DNA of 58,900 nucleotides, counting the filler, from Sphacelaria rigidula (Eukaryota): NCBI GenBank assembly GCA_964200075.2. It is 7 parts of 7 records of this genome, joined end to end, with 100 filler letters (N's around TTAATTAATTAA, not from the genome) between each part and the next. Parts side by side here need not be neighbours in the genome. Positions count along the whole stretch, not along the records: positions 50,575 to 58,900 come from CAXNAA020011511.1; 6 more parts are not named here. One strand, given 5' to 3'. A program made the translations under genes and the position numbers. Below the pieces are notes generated by a model. It was not told where the DNA came from. It did no database searches and saw only the letters and a list, made by a program, of their open reading frames with translations. Of the stretch, positions 53,085-58,900 are shown piece after piece (position 1 is the first letter of the stretch; each line of letters opens with the position of its first letter).

Positions 53085-53210
53085 CCAAGGACTTTGCTCT
53101 CCGGAAGCCACTCTGACGTCGCCCCCTCCTGAGTCCTCCCTTGGTACTCCCGACCTGCACTTCGTTTCCCGGGCTTGTACTCGCGGCGGTTCACTAGGGT
53201 AAGGAGGTGG
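53085..53210 (-). other. Chromodomain-like segment after integrase
   Basis: LLTLVNRR...REYQGRTQEGATSEWLPES follows the I...R....Y.v.w.G....tW.pE pattern, downstream of the GPW motif. Confidence 0.55.
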
Positions 53211-53399
53211 GGTGTGGAGTTAGAGGAAGATGATGTCTCAAAGTTCGGTCCATAGGCAAACAGGGCAAAGTCGTCAGCAATGTCGTGTCTCAAGTGCGGC
53301 GGCCGTACATGGTACGGTTTGACGTCAGACGGGGCTACTGTGCGAGTACGTAGGTTTTATCCTTGCATCACTGCCTCGAGACTGTGTCCAATCATCAGC

Positions 53400-54453
53400 C
53401 CCTTCTTCACCGTCCAAGGTCCCGTATACCTGTCATACTGCAGTTTCATGCCCCTGCCATCCCGGTATGTGGAACTTTCGCTGTCCCTCACCGTTACCAT
53501 ATCTCCTTCCGTGACCGACACGCCTGCTGATGGTCTCGAGATAGCGGCATTGCCTTTTCACGCGCCACTGCTTTTACCCCCTGCCTTTTGTCCAGCGCCA
53601 CCCTTTCCTCGGGGAGATTTTGTTTGCGCTGATCAACGAAGGCATCTAGCCCCTTGCTCGGTTCTGCTTCTTGTAAGAGGAAAACGAGGGAGTCTAGCGG
53701 TGTGCGCGGTTTGCGGCCGAACAGCAGCTCGAAAGAGGATATGTTCGAGGATAGCGATGTGTCCGGCAATGTGCGCTTGATCCACTGAGCGGGTGAGACA
53801 TACTCCTCCCACCTCTGGGGCCACAGCCTACATAGTTCCGACAGCATATCTAACAGCCATCCCCTGAGTCTCTCAACTGCTCCTTGACCACGTCGGTGAT
53901 CCGACGGCCCGAAAGCGATGTCCGCCTTCAACCACCTGCACAGATGCGTGACCACATCGGCCCTGAACTCTTTGCCCCTGTCGCAGCGGAGCTTTTGTGG
54001 GACACCAAAAGTTAAGCATAACTCTGCTAGGATGCATGCAATCTCGTCAGCTTCTTTTGATGGTAAAGGAAACCCGAACGGGAATCGGGAGCGGCGGTCA
54101 ACTACAAGCAAAATGTGCTTGTTGCGAGAGTGCGACATCACATCAATGGTTAGCAAGTCGATTTCCAACTCGTCCCATGGGTTTACAGTGCGTCCCGGTC
54201 TCATCGCCATTTGACGGCTAATTGCCTTCTTACGCCTTCTACCGCTGCACGGCAGCACATACTGCCTGGTATCACTCGTCATCGTAGGCCAATGGAAGCG
54301 GTCACGCATCAGAGCAAGGGTGGCGCCTACTCCAACATGTCCGTGGAATGTATGCACGAGTGCTAACAGGTCAGCTACCATCGTTTTCGGAACGGCTAGC
54401 ATCTCCTTGTTATCGACTCCTCGGTACCATACTCCATTAGCCGCAGGGCTCAC
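53400..54453 (-). pseudogene. Gypsy integrase
   Basis: VHTFHGHVG, RFHWPTM, LEIDLL, VVDRRSRF, LRCDRGKEF, QGAVER, FELLFGRKPR. Confidence 0.93.
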
Positions 54454-54539
54454 CTGTGCAGCTTGGGGCAGAGACCGCGGCTACAGAACAACCTTATGAG
54501 TGCCGAACAGTTAGTGATCAACGTGAACCTCCTACCGGC

Positions 54540-55620
54540 TCAGTACGGCCCATAGTGCTGGACACCCCACAGGACAGCTATGCACTCTCGTGCCATGGGC
54601 GCTCTGCACGAATCGTTACGAGGAAACCGGTGACTGCCGAATGATGCGATGCGTGTTTTGCGCCCCACTGGCTGCAGGAGCACCGCTCCAGCACCCACCT
54701 CGCTTGCGTCTGTCTGCAGTACAAAAGAGTTGTTAGGACCGGGGAAGGCTGGTGCCTTCGGCGAGGACAAGGCTGCTTTGAGGGCTTGAAACGCCTCCCC
54801 CTGCTTAGTATTCCACGGTATGGACAGCTTTCGCGCCCGCTTGGGTGCGAAATCTTTTCTGCGGAACAGGTCGGTTAGTGGGGCGGCTACTAGGCTGCTT
54901 TTCTCAACGAACTGGCGCAGGTACCCTGTAAGGCCGAGGAAAGTTTTCCTCGACGGTGGATGGTCTAGGCTACCCGGCGATGGCGGCGAGCTTGTATGGC
55001 GTGGAATGAAGGCCACTGCTATCTACCAGCATGCCCAGAAACTCTAGCAACGCCGATGCAAAAATGGACTTGGCGAAGTTCACCGAGAATCCCGCGACTA
55101 GTAAGCGTTGTAACACGATCACGAGTGGAGCTAGATGCTCGTCCCATGATGTGGCCGCGATAAGGATATCGTCAAGCCAGGTGAACACCCTATCCAACTG
55201 TTCCACCGTACCTTTTACCCGAGGGGTGAAAGCGACGGGTAGAACTGTTAGACCAAAGCCTACCCGTGTGAGCTCGTAAAGGAGACCATCTGCATCCCGG
55301 GACGCCGTTTTGAAGCGGTCTTTCTCAGCGATCTCAATATGGTGGAAACCGGAGGCAAGGTCGAGTTGATGGAGTAACGCTTAACTTTGAGATCGTCGAA
55401 AATTGATTGCGCATCCCCAAAACCCCCGCTATCCGACTCAGAGTCTATTCAGTTCACGCCAATCAATGCACAAGCGCAAGGTGCCGTCTTTTTTCTTCAC
55501 GCATAGGCATTGGGCTATCCACCGGGAGGTCGAGGGTCGGGTGATCCCTCGATCGAGATGCTTGTGTATCTCTTCGCGAATCGTGTGACGCTCCAGGGAA
55601 AATCGGCGTTGCTTTGCTGC
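54540..55620 (-). pseudogene. Gypsy RT-RNase H
   Basis: RT motifs with WLDD, FLGLTGYLRQFV, LQTDASEVGAGAVL. Frameshifted. Confidence 0.93.
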
Positions 55621-56370
55621 GAATGGCGTACGCGACTCGTCAGTGAGGGAGAGTTCTAGCTGACCGTTGATACAGGCGGGAACCCGCTTGGGGTCCGTGG
55701 GGAATAGTCCAGCTTCGATCAAGCTCAGCAGCGTGTCTACCAGCTCCCTCTTTTCCGCTCCTCCTAGCTGGTCTTTATTTGCGTCCGTCACGCTGATCTT
55801 GGGGTTTGGTTGGGTCGAGCAACTACTGTCTGGACGCGGGGTGCGGGGTGGGATTTCCACGGGGGGATCTACCGTAGATGGATGTGGACCCAACAGTGTG
55901 TGGAACCTGGCGGGGTCACGTACGTTCAGTGCTATCATACGCGCGACCGTACCAGTAGGCTTCACTGCTATCTGCTCCTTACTTCTATTTACAAGTCCAC
56001 AGTACACCGGCGACTCCGGCTGCGAGCACGAGAATCCCTTCGCGATCCCCACTTCTGCCCCTTCGTCCAGATCAAGCTTCGCCTGGGGTAGTTCGAGCAC
56101 GAGCTGGCTATCCTGTGGTTGACGCCCGATCGCGGCTGTTTTTACCGCGGCGCTGACGAAGCCGCCGAGCGTGATCGTTTGTCCGACCAAGCTTAGCTTC
56201 CACTCCAGGGTGCTGTCGTCTTCCCAGGCAACATCGCGGTGACTGGGATAGTCGTAGATGAACGGAAGAGCGGGCGCAGCTAGGGAAGAAGTGATCTCCG
56301 TCGTGGTGTTCGGAGCTACTAGTATATCTTGAATGTGGTGGGTAGGGTTTTCGTTCGTCAGGAACGGGAT

Positions 56371-56712
56371 CTACGGTGCCGCTGGCGAGGGGTGGAACCC
56401 TTTTCGTGGAGCGAAATCTAGACTACTGTTATTGTACCGGAAATAATAGGCACCTAGGATGAAGCCGTACGGAAGGCCCTCCACTACTCGTACGGTTATG
56501 TTACGGACCCGTGAGTCGGAGGCCAAAAGCACGGGCACATTTACGGAACCGACTATGCGCATCGGGGGGAACTTACTCTGGGACGGGTTCGCTGCACAGA
56601 GAACACCTGCTGCCTTATGGTTGAGCGTATCGTCCAAGATGTTGGCCTTGCGCAAGCTGCGCCACAACGCTCCTGACATATAGTTGCCATCTCCCGCTCC
56701 AGTGTCCAGCAA
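56371..56712 (-). pseudogene. Retropepsin-type aspartic protease
   Basis: LDTGA...FILG. Confidence 0.85.
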
Positions 56713-57827
56713 GACTTCTGTCGGCCACGACCGACGGAGACGCCGTCGGTGCTATATCTCGCCCGTCACCCAAAGTTGGCTCCCGCGACGCTGGAGGGTT
56801 ATGGTGTCGCTGGGCCGGCGTAGGTGCCCCAGGTCGATTGTACCTGGGGCGCGTCTTCACGCGCTAGCTTGAGTGTGGCTAGCGTCGGCCTCGCTCGCGG
56901 ATGCGCCCAGTATATCCTCGACGTCGTCGTTGTGGTCTTCGCCGATGAGACCCTGTAAATTGCTGCCAGGTATTGCGCCTCGGTGAGCGCGGCTAGCCGG
57001 CGTTGGGGAATGGCCGCCTTGTGGCGGGCCGTTCAGCCGCTGTAGTGTACGGCCGGGATGATGCCGTGCGTCCACGGACAAGGAGTGTTGCCCCGGTGAC
57101 CACACGAGCCAACGAACGCGTAACCGAAGCAAATTTTGCGATCACGCAAGAAGGTGACCAATGCGTCGTGTCCCGCCGCAATCGGGGGTATGGATGGCTC
57201 AGAAATCGAGGTCGGTCCGGCTGGCTGGGTGGATGCAGCGGCGGGTGCTGGTAGCGGGGAAGCGCTTCCAGACGGCGATGCCGGGAGTCTGGGCTGCAAG
57301 TCTACCGCGCGGGGTGCGGCGGGATGACCCGGAGCCGCGTCGCGAGGGCCGGGGTTGGTGGGCGTCGAACCTTGCTGCACGAAGGGCACGCCGTGTAAGC
57401 CCGGTAAGGCCACCAGTTGATTGTTGAACGCCGCGACGGAAGGTTCTGCCGTGTGGCGGTCGGCTGACGCCTGGGGTCGAGCAGACATAGCGGGGGCTGA
57501 CAGGGTAGGCGGCATTTCGGGGGAAGTAGAGGATCCCGGGTTGGTTTGCTTGAGTATTGCGGCGACCTTCGCGGGCGATTGTATCAAGTTTATGACGTCC
57601 TCAAGCAGAAATAATCAGTCAGGTCCCGCGCTGCGGTTGGCATCACGCATCATTGGAAAGAACACAGGCCGCACCAGCAGGATGCGGACGCCGGTTGGTC
57701 GAGGCGCTGGGGTTGTGAGGCGTCAGGAGCAGCGGCTGGAGCTAAGGTACAAGGTTTAGAATCTAATCAGCTAGCAAAGGCAAGCGAACGGGTACTTTAA
57801 CGGATCACGGGCGGTCGACCATACCCT

Positions 57828-58600
57828 GTGTACGTAGGACCAAGCGCGGGGGAACTATCAGTTGCCAGCAGCGCCGTCGTGCTGCAACACCGGATGTGGT
57901 CGACGCTGCGTGTGATGGACCAGAGAGTCTTGAAAATGCCGGAGGATGAACACGTCAACGGTAGGCGGGTGACACAGACAGATAGGTGCTCCGCCCACCG
58001 TCGCAAACTCCTAGTCGAGCTCCTGGCAGAAACCAGTGGAACGTTCACATCTCTAACTTCAGCTGAGCGAGTAAACGTTCACCACATCACGGGCGAAACC
58101 GATACTGTCCCACACGAGTCCGTCATTGTGGCCGACCGGCTATGGATTCTCGTCCGGGCGGAAGTGATGACGAACGGTGCCACCAATTCTATGCATGCTG
58201 CTCTCGACTCCATCACTCTATCACCCAACGAGTCGTGGAGTGCGGCAGCGGAACGAGTGTTGTTAGCATTTCGCGCGAGCCTAGCAAACGCGGACCGGCC
58301 GTATAGTACCGAGGCCACGTATTTCTGGCGATTCATCTCCACCCTGCAGCTAAGTGAGCTCCACAATCGTACTATCAAGGTCGATCTACCTAACCAGGTT
58401 GATCGGCTAGGCCTCATGCCAATCCTTCATGAAAAGACGCACGTAGTCTGGGCCAGGTCGAAGCCTTCGAGGAGTGAGTGGCACAGTCCAATAGAACTAG
58501 CAATGCAGAGGCGGGGAGAAGTAGCGAAGAGTCTGTACCAGGACCTCATTCGTATCATGACCGCCCGTAACCTAGCATGGCGCGACCATAGCCACGCACG
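57828..58600 (+). CDS. Unknown ORF, possibly Gag capsid-like, opposite to the adjacent Gypsy element
   Basis: Uninterrupted ~260 codons, apparently helical. LDSITLSPNESWSAAAER resembles the Gag major-homology-region pattern. Confidence 0.4.
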
Positions 58601-58603
58601 CAT

Positions 58604-58900
58604 ATGGTGGCGCTCAGACGCAAAGTAGACGAGGAAGAACACCTGGAGATATACGGGTGGTTGAGAGAGGGGATAGGAATGATTGCATATTTGCATGGCC
58701 CAATGGACGCTGCGAAAAATATGAAACTGCGATTCGGGGTTGGGGACCCAGACCTGCCAGAAAGAAGGAAGAGATATACCAGTCGTCGAAAGGACGAGGA
58801 AGTAGATGGACAGCACTGCCTCTGTGGCAAAGCAACAGAGAGTAGAAGTGATATAGTGGCAGAATGTGAGCTACACAAGGAGAACTGGGACGTGCCAGAG
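58604..58900 (+). mobile_element. LINE ORF2 C-terminal fragment (5'-truncated), runs off the window
   Basis: Open frame MVALRRKVDEEEHLEIYG...YLHGPMD..KLRF.VGD.DLPERRKRY...CLCGKATESRSDIVAEC. This is a CCHC-type C-terminal finger with His replaced by Asp. Confidence 0.75.

Larger units (their letters stand above)
52752..57760 (-). mobile_element. Degenerate Ty3/Gypsy retrotransposon (gag C-term, PR, RT, RNase H, IN, chromo-like, Tudor-like)
   Basis: LLDTGA protease (56371-56712). RT: KKKDGTLRLCIDWRELN, LDLASGFHHI, WLDD. RNase H: LQTDAS. IN: H..H/IDL/CDRG/VER and YTGPW. Many frameshifts. Confidence 0.95.

Overview
Eukaryotic draft-genome sequence, most likely a brown alga or another stramenopile. 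That assignment is an inference from the long-intron GT-AG genes, the CDC48 sequence, the TTAGGG motifs and the TE types. The window is not one locus. It is seven scaffolds (six of exactly 8,329 bp, the last at least 8,326 bp) joined by artificial 100-bp linkers (44N-TTAATTAATTAA-44N). Host genes: the 3' five exons of CDC48/p97 and three 5' exons of PRP4 kinase. The rest is mostly TE-derived: two decayed Ty3/Gypsy elements, a decayed intron-containing MULE transposase, a LINE ORF2 C-terminal fragment, piggyBac-type non-autonomous elements, many foldback/MITE elements (some nested), 41-44 bp tandem arrays and a tRNA-derived Pol III unit. Three observations stand out. (1) Two related short elements have one fixed end on a G/C homopolymer, a variably truncated other end and 7-13 bp target-site duplications, and they insert serially into the same site, so they look like poly(C)-tailed, G-run-targeting retroposons. 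(2) Both Gypsy integrases carry a second Royal-family-like reader module after the chromodomain, PWWP-like in one and Tudor-like in the other. (3) An OTU-like cysteine-protease ORF lies directly upstream of the MULE transposase. All domain calls are by-eye motif recognition; no database searches were run.
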